Of a stretch of 64,000 bases of DNA, positions 18,138 to 29,043 are shown in pieces. The position numbers were made by a program, and so were the translations under genes. The stretch covers positions 64,001 through 128,000 of the forward strand of contig JAYFMW010000005.1 of assembly GCA_042408215.1 (NCBI GenBank), written 5' to 3'. The number at the start of each line of letters is the position of its first letter. The stretch's first letter is position 1. This DNA is from Microcoleus sp. Lineage in GTDB: Bacteria > Cyanobacteriota > Cyanobacteriia > Cyanobacteriales > Microcoleaceae. The notes beneath the pieces were generated by a model. The model had not been told where the DNA came from, searched no databases, and saw only the letters and a program-made list of their open reading frames with translations.

Positions 18138-20738
18138 TTATACTCGAATAATCTTCAAACTCTCAATCCCCCGATCGTCCACAATTTTAACAGCAACCCG
18201 CTGATATTCGCCCATCTCAAAAGGTAACGAAACAGTTCCCTGATAAGACTCAATTAAATCCTCATCAATTTCAGCTTTTAAATTCTTAGCTAAACGCGAC
18301 CAAGCATCTTTTTCCCCAGCCATCGGGAAGAAAACCTGACGGGGGAAAATACTTCTACCATCATAATCAATATCTAACATCCAAACAGCAATTTTTTCCA
18401 CACTGCCAGACTCAATATTTCCAGTTTTTGTGTTATAATAATCAAAGCCAAAAACTTCAACTTCCCACTTATCTTTATTTTCTCCTTTCTCGATGCGACG
18501 CAGGGTAACATCTGGCTGACCAATCAACCAGAAACTCTCATTACTAGCGCGTTTTTTCTTCAAATCTTCGGTTAGTAAATCGGCGTTCATTTGCGCTTTT
18601 AATAATGTCACACCGGGCCAATTTGTTTCCTCAATATCTTTGGCTGCTTCGGGGTCAAATTGAAAGGCGGCAAAGACAATTAATTTCGGTTTTGGGACTA
18701 AAGTTTGTGCTTCTTCAATGGCTTGGGTAACTTGTCGTTGTTCTAGGGGTGCGTGTTGTGGGCCGAAGGAAATCACGACTCGTCTGGGTTGATCGTAAGT
18801 ACCACCAGTTTCTTTTACTGTATTCGCGCCAAGGTTATTTGGTTTGGTTTCGGCATCGGCATGAAGCCAACGAGTACCGGGTAAAGATTCGACTCTGGAG
18901 AATAAAATATATTGCCCGTTTTTACCACGAATCCCCGTTTTTAGCAGTTCATATCGCCATTCTGATTGCCGCAGAGTCTCGCCAGAACGGGCAATTGATT
19001 GGTCAGCAACGGGTGGATTGATAACATCATCAATTGGTTTAACTGTGGGTGCGGGTACGGCTTCGACGGTGAAGGGGCCAGTAACTCTGGCTTTGGATTT
19101 GTCTAATAATGGTTGGTCGTAAAGTGTTTCTTGGTCGGCGTATTTATTAATGGCTTGTTCGATTTCTATGCGCTTCATTCCTTCGCGAATTTCGGGATTA
19201 TTGGCGATAGATTTGAGGGTGATGTGAGGGACGGTTTTGTATTTGAAACCATCGCTTACGCCTGCTTGGGAATTTGCTAGTTGATAATAGTCAAAGGTGG
19301 CGGTCATTAACCTTTGTTTGGCTAGGGTTATTGCTACTCTTGAGGTATCGCAGGTTATCCATCTGCGTCCCCATTGTTCGGCTACGTAGGCTGTTGTACC
19401 GCTACCGCAGGTGATGTCTAGGACTAAATCGCCTGGGTCGGTGGTCATTAGGAGGCAGCGTTGAATTACTTTGATAGATGTTTGAACAACATAAACTTTT
19501 TCACTCCCAACGCTACTTCCCGAATCTGTCCAAATGTTATTGATTGGGAATGCTGGGAAATCTTGAAGATATCTAATATAGTTCAGTGTATTAGCAGAAG
19601 CTTCTATTCGATTAGCTACAATTAATTTATTAAAACCTTCACTGCCAGTTTTCCAATATCCCCTCAAAGGTTGAAATATACGACCTGATAATTCTACTGG
19701 AAAACTTCCCGGTGGTCGTTGACTTCTCATATCACTTAAGCGGTATGGCTTGACTTTATTTAAGTCGATCTCTTTTCTAGTAGCTTCATCTAAAGTCATT
19801 TTTGAACCGTCAGATAATTCCACTTTTGTATAAGCACCTGCTCCTTGACCTTCTAATGATTTTTCTATGAAAAGTTTTCTGTATTTAATTTTCTGTTTGT
19901 CTTTTGCATATAAAATAAGAAAATCACAAGTACCAGCTAATAGTTGACTTGTTGCACTACTTGTTTTAGCAACTGTTATTAAAGCAATAAAATTATTCCT
20001 TCCAAACACCTCATCCATCAATTCCCTAACATGATGCACATTCTCATCCGAAATCTGCACAAAAACACTACCACTTTCCGACAATAACTCCCTCGCCAAT
20101 AACAATCTATCTCTTAAATAAGTCAAATAAGAATGAATCCCCAATTCCCAAGTATCGCGAAATGCTTTAATCATTTCCGGTTCTTGAGTCAAATCTTCAT
20201 CTTTCCCATCTTTCACATCGCGCTTATTGACAAACGGCTGAAAATTTGAACCATATTTAATCCCATAAGGCGGATCGAAATAAATCATCTGCACTTGTCC
20301 CGCCATTCCCTCTTTTTCTAATAGGGAATTCATCACTAATAGCGAATCTCCAGCAACTAAACGGTTACTCCAATTATGCTGATGCTTGTAAAATTCGATC
20401 GCGTTTCGAATGGGGGGATTTTCTTCTGGTGTCTCAAACAGGGATAACTGCACACCCAGACTTTGATTTTGCTTGCGGACTGCTTCTATAATGCTGCGAG
20501 GATCGATGCGTTCGTGAACGTGCAATGATACAGTTGGCACTTCAAAATTAGTATGTTCCGCCTTACCCGCCCAAACTAACTGCGGATCAAGGTGCGGATC
20601 GTAGCTATAATTTTTATTATCACCATCAGGATCGGTTTCTGGCGTTACCAGTCCCACAGGTGGATTATTCACTCGTTGCTGATTTTCGTGATTATATTGA
20701 TCTATCTTTCTTTGGTCAGGTTTCTTTTGCCTTGCCAT
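18138..20738 (-). CDS. mod: Type III R-M Mod subunit, beta-class N6-adenine DNA methyltransferase
   Basis: YFDPPY (motif IV), then a TRD, then DITCGSGTT (motif I); co-oriented with res. Confidence 0.92.
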   Translation of the reverse strand: MARQKKPDQRKIDQYNHENQQRVNNPPVGLVTPETDPDGDNKNYSYDPHLDPQLVWAGKAEHTNFEVPTVSLHVHERIDPRSIIEAVRKQNQSLGVQLSLFETPEENPPIRNAIEFYKHQHNWSNRLVAGDSLLVMNSLLEKEGMAGQVQMIYFDPPYGIKYGSNFQPFVNKRDVKDGKDEDLTQEPEMIKAFRDTWELGIHSYLTYLRDRLLLARELLSESGSVFVQISDENVHHVRELMDEVFGRNNFIALITVAKTSSATSQLLAGTCDFLILYAKDKQKIKYRKLFIEKSLEGQGAGAYTKVELSDGSKMTLDEATRKEIDLNKVKPYRLSDMRSQRPPGSFPVELSGRIFQPLRGYWKTGSEGFNKLIVANRIEASANTLNYIRYLQDFPAFPINNIWTDSGSSVGSEKVYVVQTSIKVIQRCLLMTTDPGDLVLDITCGSGTTAYVAEQWGRRWITCDTSRVAITLAKQRLMTATFDYYQLANSQAGVSDGFKYKTVPHITLKSIANNPEIREGMKRIEIEQAINKYADQETLYDQPLLDKSKARVTGPFTVEAVPAPTVKPIDDVINPPVADQSIARSGETLRQSEWRYELLKTGIRGKNGQYILFSRVESLPGTRWLHADAETKPNNLGANTVKETGGTYDQPRRVVISFGPQHAPLEQRQVTQAIEEAQTLVPKPKLIVFAAFQFDPEAAKDIEETNWPGVTLLKAQMNADLLTEDLKKKRASNESFWLIGQPDVTLRRIEKGENKDKWEVEVFGFDYYNTKTGNIESGSVEKIAVWMLDIDYDGRSIFPRQVFFPMAGEKDAWSRLAKNLKAEIDEDLIESYQGTVSLPFEMGEYQRVAVKIVDDRGIESLKIIRV

Positions 20739-21115
20739 GCGACTTCCTCTAGTCTCAAAGTCTTTATTTTACAACTTATTTGACACTTTTGCCGCATTAA
20801 GTTGGATGTTTTTTGGGGATTTCTATAACCCGCTAATATCTAGTCCGTTAAATCATTTACTATAAACGCTTATTTGTCATGAGTCAAGCGCAACGCAGTC
20901 AAGCATTGCATCGGGCGAGATGCTTCGCTTCCCTCAGCATGACAGAATTAGGTTATTCGTGCGTAAGTCCGCTCATCATTAATAAAAACTGTTTTAACCA
21001 GCCCTCCCTCCGAGAGTTGCGCTTCCACACACGATAGTCTAGCAACAGGAGTGCAGCCGCCGAAGACATCCCGCCGGAACCTCTCTACCACAGTTCTGCA
21101 AAAAAATCAAATTTC

Positions 21116-21157
21116 GTATCCTAGGATACATTTATTTAATTAATGATTGTTTACAAT
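21116..21157 (+). promoter_or_regulatory. NtcA-activated promoter of glnN
   Basis: GTA-tcctagga-TAC (21116-21129), 22-nt spacer, TACAAT (21152-21157): canonical geometry. Confidence 0.85.
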
Positions 21158-21585
21158 CTCCAAGTGTAGATTGTGAATTTTCCATAATTCTCCCAAACCC
21201 CACATAAGTGTGTTATTTGGTAGAATGCGATTTCTCGATCGCCCAACAGTAAAAAACCCTAAGTCGTTTTGACCTGAATTCAAAGGAATCGGCACAAATT
21301 GTTTTATCTTACCAGGGTAAAAATTAGGTACTAAATCTGTGCAAAGCTGATATCATAGATATCAACTCAAGTTAGTACAAGCTCTTGTCATCTATTGTTT
21401 TGCTAATAACTGAAATCCCACCGTATCTGAGCTTTAATTACCCCTAAGAAAAGTTGTTTGAAGTAAAGACGAAGAGTCCTTATTCAAAAACCAGACAGAG
21501 GACAGTCCTCCTCACTACAAACCAGCTTTTCCTAACCCGTATCTTTTCACAACTACTCGTCCCCTAATCCCCAATAAAAATAACC

Positions 21586-23760
21586 ATGAGTGGAAACGAA
21601 TCTCGCGTTCAAGCAATTTCTCAAATCATCAACCGCAAACTGATGCCACCCCGGCCTCTCAAGCGACTAGAAGATATGTGGGCAACAGACGTCTTTACTC
21701 TGAGCAAGATGCAAGAAAGTCTGCCCAAAAGTATTTTCAAATCAGTAAAAAATACAGTTCAAACCGGCCAAAAAATCGACGAATCCGTAGCCGATGTAGT
21801 TGCAGTAGCCATGAAAGATTGGGCTATTTCCAAAGGAGCATTGTACTACGCCCACGTATTTTACCCGCTCACCAACGGCACCGCCGAAAAGCACGACGGT
21901 TTCATCTCAGTCCAAGGCGATGGCTCAGTCATCTCAGAATTTGCCGGCAAAGTTCTAGTACAAGGCGAACCCGATGGCTCCTCATTCCCCAACGGTGGCA
22001 TTCGCTCCACCGCCGCAGCTCGCGGATATACAGCCTGGGATGTCACCAGCCCAGCCTATGTAATGGAAACAGACAACGGAATGACCTTGTGCATTCCCAC
22101 TGTTTTCATATCCTGGACAGGTGAAGCCTTAGACAAGAAAACGCCGCTTTTACGTTCCATTGCGGCAATGAACAAAGCAGCAACCAGAGTTTTGAAACTA
22201 TTAGGAAATACCGAAATTGCTCCGGTAAATTCCAGTTGCGGTGCCGAACAAGAATACTTCCTGATAGATTCAAATTTTGCCAACAATCGCCCAGACTTAA
22301 TGTTAGCAGGTCGCACCCTGTTTGGCAAACCTCCAGCCAAAGGTCAGCAATTTGACGACCACTATTTTGGAGCGATTCCAGAGCGCGTTCAAGTGTTCAT
22401 GCAGGAAGTAGAAGAAAGGATGTACCGTTTGGGCATTCCTGCCAAAACCCGCCACAACGAAGTAGCTCCCGGTCAGTTTGAAATTGCACCATTTTTTGAA
22501 GCAGCAAACGTCGCCAGTGACCACCAACAATTAACCATGACAATTCTTCGTAATACTGCGAAGAAACATGGTTTTGTCTGCTTGCTGCACGAAAAGCCCT
22601 TTGCAGGCATTAACGGTTCTGGTAAGCACGTCAACTGGTCGGTTGGCAATGCTACTCAAGGAAACTTATTAGACCCAGGCGATACACCACACTCAAACGT
22701 ACAATTTCTAGTTTTCTGTGGCGCTGTGATTCGTGGAGCTCACAAATACGGACCGCTTTTGCGCGCGGTAGTTGCTACTGCTAGTAACGACCACAGATTG
22801 GGTGCTAATGAGGCTCCACCAGCGATTATGTCTGTCTATTTGGGTTCGCAATTAGAAGATGTGTTCGAGCAAATTAGTCAAGGAGAAGCTAAGGACTCTC
22901 AAGGCAGGGGAATCATGAATTTAGGGGTGGATACATTGCCTATTTTCCAGAAGGATGCCGGGGACAGAAACCGGACATCGCCTTTTGCTTTTACTGGCAA
23001 CCGTTTTGAATTTCGTGCCGTAGGTTCCGGTCAGTCTGTTGCGGGGCCGTTGGTGGCAATGAATACAATTCTGGCCGATTCTTTGGACTGGATTGCTAAC
23101 AAGTTAGAAAGCGATTTGGCTACAGGAACTGAACTCAATGCGGCCATCCAAACTGTCCTGAAAGAGGTGATGGACGAACATGGTGCGGTGGTATTTGGTG
23201 GCAATGGCTATTCTGAGGAATGGCACAAAATGGCGGTTGAGGAACGGGGTTTAGCTAACTTGCGGACTAGCGCCGATGCTTTGCCTGTTTTGAAAGAAGG
23301 ATACATTGAAGAGCTGTTTGAAAAGACAGGTGTTTTGACTCCTGTTGAATTGGAAAGTCGTTACGATGTCTATGCAGAGCAGTATTTGCTGGCAATTGAA
23401 GTCGAAGCAAAACTGGTAGTAAGCATGACAAAAACCATAATTTACCCCGCTGCGGTGAGGTATTTGTCTGATCTTTCCAGCACGATTGCTGGCTTGAAAG
23501 AGATTGGCATTGAACTGGAAAAAGAAACTGCCGAAAAAGTAGCCACGCTGGTTAAATCCATGATGGATTATGTGAGCAAGTTAACTGATGCTTTGAGCAA
23601 TCACGATTTTGCTTCGACAGAAGAGCATATGCAGTATGCTTCGCAAACAATTCGTCCTTTGATGGATGAGGTTCGCAAGTATGTGGATGCTTTGGAAGGT
23701 GAAGTGGCTGATGATTTGTGGCCACTGCCTACTTATCAGGAAATGCTGTTTGTTAAGTAA
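21586..23760 (+). CDS. glnN: Glutamine synthetase type III
   Basis: 724 aa; [31 protein letters not shown] and NRFEFRAVG. Confidence 0.96.
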   Translation: MSGNESRVQAISQIINRKLMPPRPLKRLEDMWATDVFTLSKMQESLPKSIFKSVKNTVQTGQKIDESVADVVAVAMKDWAISKGALYYAHVFYPLTNGTAEKHDGFISVQGDGSVISEFAGKVLVQGEPDGSSFPNGGIRSTAAARGYTAWDVTSPAYVMETDNGMTLCIPTVFISWTGEALDKKTPLLRSIAAMNKAATRVLKLLGNTEIAPVNSSCGAEQEYFLIDSNFANNRPDLMLAGRTLFGKPPAKGQQFDDHYFGAIPERVQVFMQEVEERMYRLGIPAKTRHNEVAPGQFEIAPFFEAANVASDHQQLTMTILRNTAKKHGFVCLLHEKPFAGINGSGKHVNWSVGNATQGNLLDPGDTPHSNVQFLVFCGAVIRGAHKYGPLLRAVVATASNDHRLGANEAPPAIMSVYLGSQLEDVFEQISQGEAKDSQGRGIMNLGVDTLPIFQKDAGDRNRTSPFAFTGNRFEFRAVGSGQSVAGPLVAMNTILADSLDWIANKLESDLATGTELNAAIQTVLKEVMDEHGAVVFGGNGYSEEWHKMAVEERGLANLRTSADALPVLKEGYIEELFEKTGVLTPVELESRYDVYAEQYLLAIEVEAKLVVSMTKTIIYPAAVRYLSDLSSTIAGLKEIGIELEKETAEKVATLVKSMMDYVSKLTDALSNHDFASTEEHMQYASQTIRPLMDEVRKYVDALEGEVADDLWPLPTYQEMLFVK

Positions 23761-23811
23761 TTGCAAACCTGGTTAATTTCCGGTGAGATTTGTGGGGACT
23801 TAGACTCAGCC

Positions 23812-24012
23812 CATTGGTGTCAACTTAACGTCAAACCCAGTCACAGAATGCTGTTTGACTATTAAGCTTAGATCCCCCCTAACCCCCCTTAGTAAGGGGG
23901 GGACAAGAGTGTTCTTAAAGTCCACCCCTACTCACACCCTACTCCGTTCTTAAGGGGGATTTAGGGGTATCGAAACTTCGATACAAATGAGAGATACAGA
24001 GGGTTTCACGTC
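23812..24012. mobile_element. MITE (CATTGGTGTCAACTTAA TIR family), right TIR missing
   Basis: Left TIR identical to the 32070 copy; shared CCCCCTT..TAAGGGGG core. Confidence 0.7.
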
Positions 24013-24207
24013 ATACCCAGATCTCCGATTTCTTTAAGAAGTCGGGGATTTAACATTAAGATTAGATGGACCTACTTAAAGTCTGATAAATGACAGTACC
24101 GCGTCCAGAACAATTTAGAGGTTGTCTGATCGGTCAGTGCCTCGGCGATGCTATAGGCTGTAGAGTTGAAGGCTATCCTCCCGAAGTTTGCCAAAATTTT
24201 GTCAGCT

Positions 24208-25487
24208 TTGACATCCTCCCCGCCCTAAAGGGCTAGGATTCCTAAACCTCACGATTTAAGTTTCTGTTTCATAGCAGAAGCCTTAACAGATTTACTCTGC
24301 TCTGGTCTTACACTCGCTCCACAGACTGACACCGCTAGTCCAGCGGCCAAAATGTTTTTACTTGCGTTGACATCCCGATCGTGGTTACAACCACAACTCG
24401 GACAAGTCCAATCACGAATATTAAGAGGCATTTTATCGACAATCTGCCCACAGGAGCTACAACGCTTGGAACTGGGAAACCATCGGTCAATTGCGACCAA
24501 TTTCCTTCCGTACCAACGACATTTGTAATCCAGTTGTCGAATCAATTCACTCCATCCGCTATCAGAAATAGCCCAGGCGAGTTTGTGATTTTTGACCAGA
24601 TTCTTAACAGCCAACGACTCAACCGCAATTGTTTGATTTTCACGTACCAATTGAGTCGTTGTTTTATGCAAGAAATCTTTGCGAGAATCCGATATTTTAA
24701 GGTGAATTTTAGCAACCTTAATTCTCGCCTTTTCTCTGTTTTTGGAACCTTTCTGTTTACGAGAAAGATTCTTTTGCGCTTTCTTCAAACGCTTTCGATG
24801 TTTCTTGAAATGCTTGGGATTAGCTATCTTGTCACCATTACTGGTCGTGAGCAAGCTCGTTATTCCCAAATCTATTCCTACAGCATTATCGCTAATGGGC
24901 AAAGGTTGAATCGTTGGAGCATCAAACCTAATCGAAATGTGCCAGCGTCCAGAGGGATGGAGACTAACCGTTACACTGCTCGGTTCACATCCTTTGGGAA
25001 TTTGTCTAGACCATTTAATCGGTAATGGCTCAGAGTTTTTGGCAAGATAAATTTCTTTATTTTTGAACTTAAAAGCCGATTTTGTAAACTCAGCACTGCC
25101 GCCATGATGTTTCTTCTTGAAGTTGGGATATTTAGTCCTGACTGCGAAGAAATTGGTGAAAGCAGTTTGAAGATGTCTAAGCCCTTGTTGCAAGGGGACA
25201 CAGCTAACCTCATTCAGAAAATCAAGATCTTCCTCTTTTTTCCATTGAGTTAACATAGAAGAAGTCTGGTTATATCCAACTCTTTCTTGTCTCTCGTACC
25301 AAGCCTGGGTTCTCTCGTGGAGAGCTTTGTTGTAAACCAATCTTACGCAGCCCAATGTGCGTCGCAATAGCGACTCTTGTTCAGGCGTTGGGTAAAATCG
25401 GTAACGGTGAGCTTTTTCCATACTTCACATACTAACATATTAAATGTAAAGCCGTCCTAAAGGACGGGGTTTCTGCCCAATTCTCTG
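24208..25487 (-). mobile_element. IS200/IS605-family (IS1341-type, tnpB-only) element, copy 1
   Basis: Left end TCAT then CAGAGAATT...GAAA-CCCCGTCCTTTAGGACGG hairpin; right end GAAT-hairpin-TCAA; no tnpA. Confidence 0.92.
24249..25421 (-). CDS. tnpB: RNA-guided endonuclease TnpB
   Basis: RuvC residues GIDLG, AVE and DRD intact; CxxC...CxxC zinc finger. Confidence 0.95.
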   Translation of the reverse strand: MEKAHRYRFYPTPEQESLLRRTLGCVRLVYNKALHERTQAWYERQERVGYNQTSSMLTQWKKEEDLDFLNEVSCVPLQQGLRHLQTAFTNFFAVRTKYPNFKKKHHGGSAEFTKSAFKFKNKEIYLAKNSEPLPIKWSRQIPKGCEPSSVTVSLHPSGRWHISIRFDAPTIQPLPISDNAVGIDLGITSLLTTSNGDKIANPKHFKKHRKRLKKAQKNLSRKQKGSKNREKARIKVAKIHLKISDSRKDFLHKTTTQLVRENQTIAVESLAVKNLVKNHKLAWAISDSGWSELIRQLDYKCRWYGRKLVAIDRWFPSSKRCSSCGQIVDKMPLNIRDWTCPSCGCNHDRDVNASKNILAAGLAVSVCGASVRPEQSKSVKASAMKQKLKS

Positions 25488-26100
25488 ATGAGGGCTGCAC
25501 CGATCGGCTTAATATTCTACGATCGCCCGTCTCAGCTTATACAAGCTGCTTGCGATCAAGGGCGCATCACCCATCAAGATTCGCGGTGTTCTGCGGGGGC
25601 TGTGGCGATCGCCGGGGCTGTGGCGATCGCCCTTGAATCTGCAACTATTGAAACTGAGCCATTTCTGAGCCAACTGAGCGACTGGGTAGGAGAAGTTGAT
25701 TCTTCCTTTGCCGCGTTGCTGAAAGATTTGATTGAATGGGTCAAATTGCCCCCAGAATCAGCCGTAGAGTTGATTTCTAGAGCTGGACTACCGTTAAACT
25801 ACGATCGCTCTTGGCAAGGAATTTCGCCCTTTGTAGTCGGTAGCGTCTTGTGGAGTTTATATGCGTTTTTGCGATCGCCTCAAGATTACTGGGAAACTCT
25901 CTGTACTAGCATCGCCGTCGGTGGCGATGTGGATACGACCGCAGCAATGTCTTGTGCCATTAGCGGGGCATTTCTGGGCCTAGAAGCCATCCCGGAGCAA
26001 CTAACGGAACTTTTGAACGATCGAGGTACTTGGGGCCTGGGCGAACTGATTAAACTCGCTGACAATTGTTATCAGTTGAAAAGGAAGTTGTAATATCAAG

Positions 26101-26235
26101 TTAGTCATTAGTCATTAGTCATGAGTCATGAGTCATTAGTCATGAGTCATTAGTCATTAGTCATGAGTCATGAGTCATGAGTCATTAGTCATGAGTCATT
26201 GGGAATTGGGAATTGGGCATTGGGCATTGGGAATT
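26101..26235. repeat. STRR heptamer tract (AGTCATT/AGTCATG, GGGCATT)
   Basis: Visible tandem heptamers. Confidence 0.9.
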
Positions 26236-26423
26236 GGGCATTGGGCATGGGTTATTGGTTATTAGTTATTGGTTGTTCGTTATTAGAACTAACAAATAAC
26301 AAATAACAACTAACTAATGACTTCTTCCTTGTTAGATACCCGACTTCTTTAAGAAGTCGGGTATCTGGGCACTGTATTTGTGTTTTCAGAATAGTCGATC
26401 GCCCTAAACTCAAATTCCCTCAA

Positions 26424-27833
26424 TCAAACGATTTGCTCCTTAGAAGGTGCTCCTGTAGTTGGAGGTTCTGCCGGTTCACCAAAAGCAATCCGCAGAAATG
26501 GCGGAGCCAAAAATGTCGTCATAATCACCATGATAATAATCGAGACTTCCAACGGTTTATCCAAAACCCCACTCGCCGAACCGATGCCGGCAAAAACTAA
26601 TCCGACTTCTCCCCTCGGAATCATCCCCACTCCGATCGCCAATCGATTAATTCCCGGCTGACCAAACACCACCCAGCCTGTTACTAGCTTGCCAAAAATC
26701 GCCACCACAATCAAGAAAGCCGCAATCAAAAGTCCCGCCCGATTATCCGGCACCGCTGGGTTCAAAACTCCCAAATCTGCCCTGGCTCCCACCGTCACAA
26801 AGAAGATGGGGACAATTAAATCGGCGATGGGTTTCACCAACTCATCTAACTCATTGCGTGTATCGCTTTCATCCAAAACCAAGCCCGCAGCAAAGGCACC
26901 CAAAATCGCTTCCAGATGGATTGCATTGCCCAGAAATGCCATGAAGTAGGCAAAAGTAAATGCCGGAATCACAATATTGCCACGAGTTTTGAGTGTCTCT
27001 ACAACCCCAGTAAAGGTTTTGTTGAAGAAACCACCCAACAGAATCGAACCGAGCAAAAAAGCAGTTGCACTGACAATCAAATAAATGACATTAACCACAT
27101 CAATTTCACCAGTTTTAGCTAAGCTAGCAACAACAGCTAGGACAATAATTCCTAGGACATCATCAATCACCGCCGCACCGACAATTATTTGACCTTCTTT
27201 AGATTTCAGTTGTCCTAATTCCGACAAAACTTTCGATGTAATGCCAATGCTAGTTGCCGTCAAAGCCGCCCCGGCAAAAATCGCTGGAATCGCCGCAGTA
27301 TGGAATAAAATCATCAAGCCCGCAGTACCGGCGGCAAAGGGAACTGCCACGCCAACACAGGCGACAACAACAGCTTGAATTCCGACTTCCTTAAGTTGTC
27401 TGAGATCCGATTCTAAGCCAATTTCAAACAACAGAATAATTACACCCAATTCAGCTAACACTGAAATGACTTCACTCTGGGATTCAAAGATACTGGTGAC
27501 GGCGGCTGGGGAGAGATGATTAATTAATTGCAAAACAGTCATAATCCCAGAGTCTGAGGCTGACAGCCCAGCTTCGGGAAAGACGATGAGGTGTAAGGCC
27601 GATACTCCGACAATTACCCCTGCGACTAATTCACCCAAAACAGGGGGGAAATCGAAGTTTTTAGCTACTTCTGCGCCTAGTTTACTGGCGAGATAAATCA
27701 CTACTAAACTAAGTAAAACTCCGCTGAGGACGATGGGAGAATATTCGGCTTCTACAGTTGCTAACAAAGGTATGGGAGCAACTAGGGATGCCATCCCAGA
27801 ACTTAAAGCTGTAATTGTATGGTTCACAAACAT
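26424..27833 (-). CDS. Cation:proton antiporter (CPA2, NhaS3-like)
   Basis: Multiple TM helices; ATSIGI, AVIDD and MIPRGE motifs. Confidence 0.9.
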   Translation of the reverse strand: MFVNHTITALSSGMASLVAPIPLLATVEAEYSPIVLSGVLLSLVVIYLASKLGAEVAKNFDFPPVLGELVAGVIVGVSALHLIVFPEAGLSASDSGIMTVLQLINHLSPAAVTSIFESQSEVISVLAELGVIILLFEIGLESDLRQLKEVGIQAVVVACVGVAVPFAAGTAGLMILFHTAAIPAIFAGAALTATSIGITSKVLSELGQLKSKEGQIIVGAAVIDDVLGIIVLAVVASLAKTGEIDVVNVIYLIVSATAFLLGSILLGGFFNKTFTGVVETLKTRGNIVIPAFTFAYFMAFLGNAIHLEAILGAFAAGLVLDESDTRNELDELVKPIADLIVPIFFVTVGARADLGVLNPAVPDNRAGLLIAAFLIVVAIFGKLVTGWVVFGQPGINRLAIGVGMIPRGEVGLVFAGIGSASGVLDKPLEVSIIIMVIMTTFLAPPFLRIAFGEPAEPPTTGAPSKEQIV

Positions 27834-28058
27834 GAGTGAGGTGATGATAAGAACAACGATTCTACGCTGATTTCTGAGGAATTACGCTGGCGCGCAGAAA
27901 CCGGGTTTTTCACGAAAAGACCTGTTGTAGCCAGCAGATTCGGTAAAAAACCCGGTTTCTTTGGTCAGAGTGCGTAATTCCTATTTCTGTTAAATTCCCG
28001 ACTTTTTCAAGAAGTCGGGAATGTGGGGATAAGTCATAATTCGCTGAGGAAATTACTA

Positions 28059-28832
28059 TCAAGCAAAACTTGAAGAACCCAAATCTGGGGGAACATCCTG
28101 CCACCTTCCTTGACCTACTGCTTGAATTGCTTCTTTTAGCAATACATCTCCAGTATAAATCGCTCTACCCACGATCGCACTTTTGACACCAATTGGTTCC
28201 AAAGCTAACAAACTCAACAAATCTGCGATCGAACTAACGCCACCGGAAGCAATCACCGGAATCGAAATGGCCTTAGCAATTTCTCGCAAAGATTCCAAAT
28301 TCGGCCCTTCCATTGTACCATCGCGGTGAATGTCTGTATAAATAATTTCAGCAGCACCTAATTCTGCCATTTGCTGTGCTAATTCTGTTGCTAAAACTGC
28401 CGATGTTTCTAGCCAGCCTCTAGTTGCAACTTTACCATTTCTGGCATCAATGCCGACGAGAATTTGACCGGGAAATTCGGCGCACAATTCACCGACTAAT
28501 TCCGGTTTTTCGACAGCGACGGTGCCGAGAATTGCCCGCCGAACGCCTAAATTGAGGATAGCAGCAACGGAAGTGCGATCGCGCATTCCGCCTCCTACTT
28601 GACAGGGAACATCAACGGCTCTGACAATGGCTTCAATGGCTGCTTGGTTGACGGGATGACCTGCTTTGGCCCCGTCGAGGTCTACTAAATGCAGCATGGT
28701 TGCGCCTTCATTTACCCACTGTCTGGCGACTGTGACGGGGTTGTCGTTAAAAGTTTGCGACTTCGCGTAGTCTCCCTGATAGAGTCTGACGCATTTTCCA
28801 TCCAATAGGTCGATCGCTGGAATGACATTCAT
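28059..28832 (-). CDS. hisA: ProFAR isomerase HisA
   Basis: [30 protein letters not shown] and YTDIHRDG; start trimmed to 28832. Confidence 0.96.
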   Translation of the reverse strand: MNVIPAIDLLDGKCVRLYQGDYAKSQTFNDNPVTVARQWVNEGATMLHLVDLDGAKAGHPVNQAAIEAIVRAVDVPCQVGGGMRDRTSVAAILNLGVRRAILGTVAVEKPELVGELCAEFPGQILVGIDARNGKVATRGWLETSAVLATELAQQMAELGAAEIIYTDIHRDGTMEGPNLESLREIAKAISIPVIASGGVSSIADLLSLLALEPIGVKSAIVGRAIYTGDVLLKEAIQAVGQGRWQDVPPDLGSSSFA

Positions 28833-28840
28833 AATTTTGT

Positions 28841-28966
28841 AATTGGGAATTGGGAATTGGGAATTGGGAATTGAGAATTGGGAATTGGGAATTGGGAATT
28901 GGGAATTGGGAATTGGGAATTGTTTCTTCCTGCTTCCTGCTTCCTGCTTCCTGCTTCCTGCTTCCT
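28841..28966. repeat. STRR tracts (GGGAATT)n and (CTTCCTG)n
   Basis: Visible tandem heptamers. Confidence 0.92.
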
Positions 28967-29043
28967 TAGTCATTAAAATTATGAGTGACTAAAAATAAAG
29001 TCTTTACTAGGAGCCACAACACCTAAAACCATCGTACCATATT

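Larger units (their letters stand above)
24090..26093 (+). pseudogene. ADP-ribosylglycohydrolase (DraG-like) gene interrupted by an IS and internally deleted
   Basis: 5' part MTVPRPEQFRGCLIGQCLGDAIG (24090-24207); 3' part MRAAPIG...GGDVDT (25488-26093); the TDD motif region is absent. Confidence 0.85.

Noticed and set aside
21400..21585. Glutamine riboswitch upstream of glnN
   Set aside because: I could not identify the consensus elements by eye.
24381..25025. 214-aa ORF antisense to tnpB, and other antisense ORFs such as 400-900 and 9673-10101
   Set aside because: Shadow frames of well-supported genes, with no motifs.
28833..28973. N-terminal extension of HisA (also TsaB 34805-34942 and the 43102, 54088 and 58483 extensions)
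   Set aside because: Most extensions are translations of STRR or MITE DNA, and the family-typical starts lie downstream.
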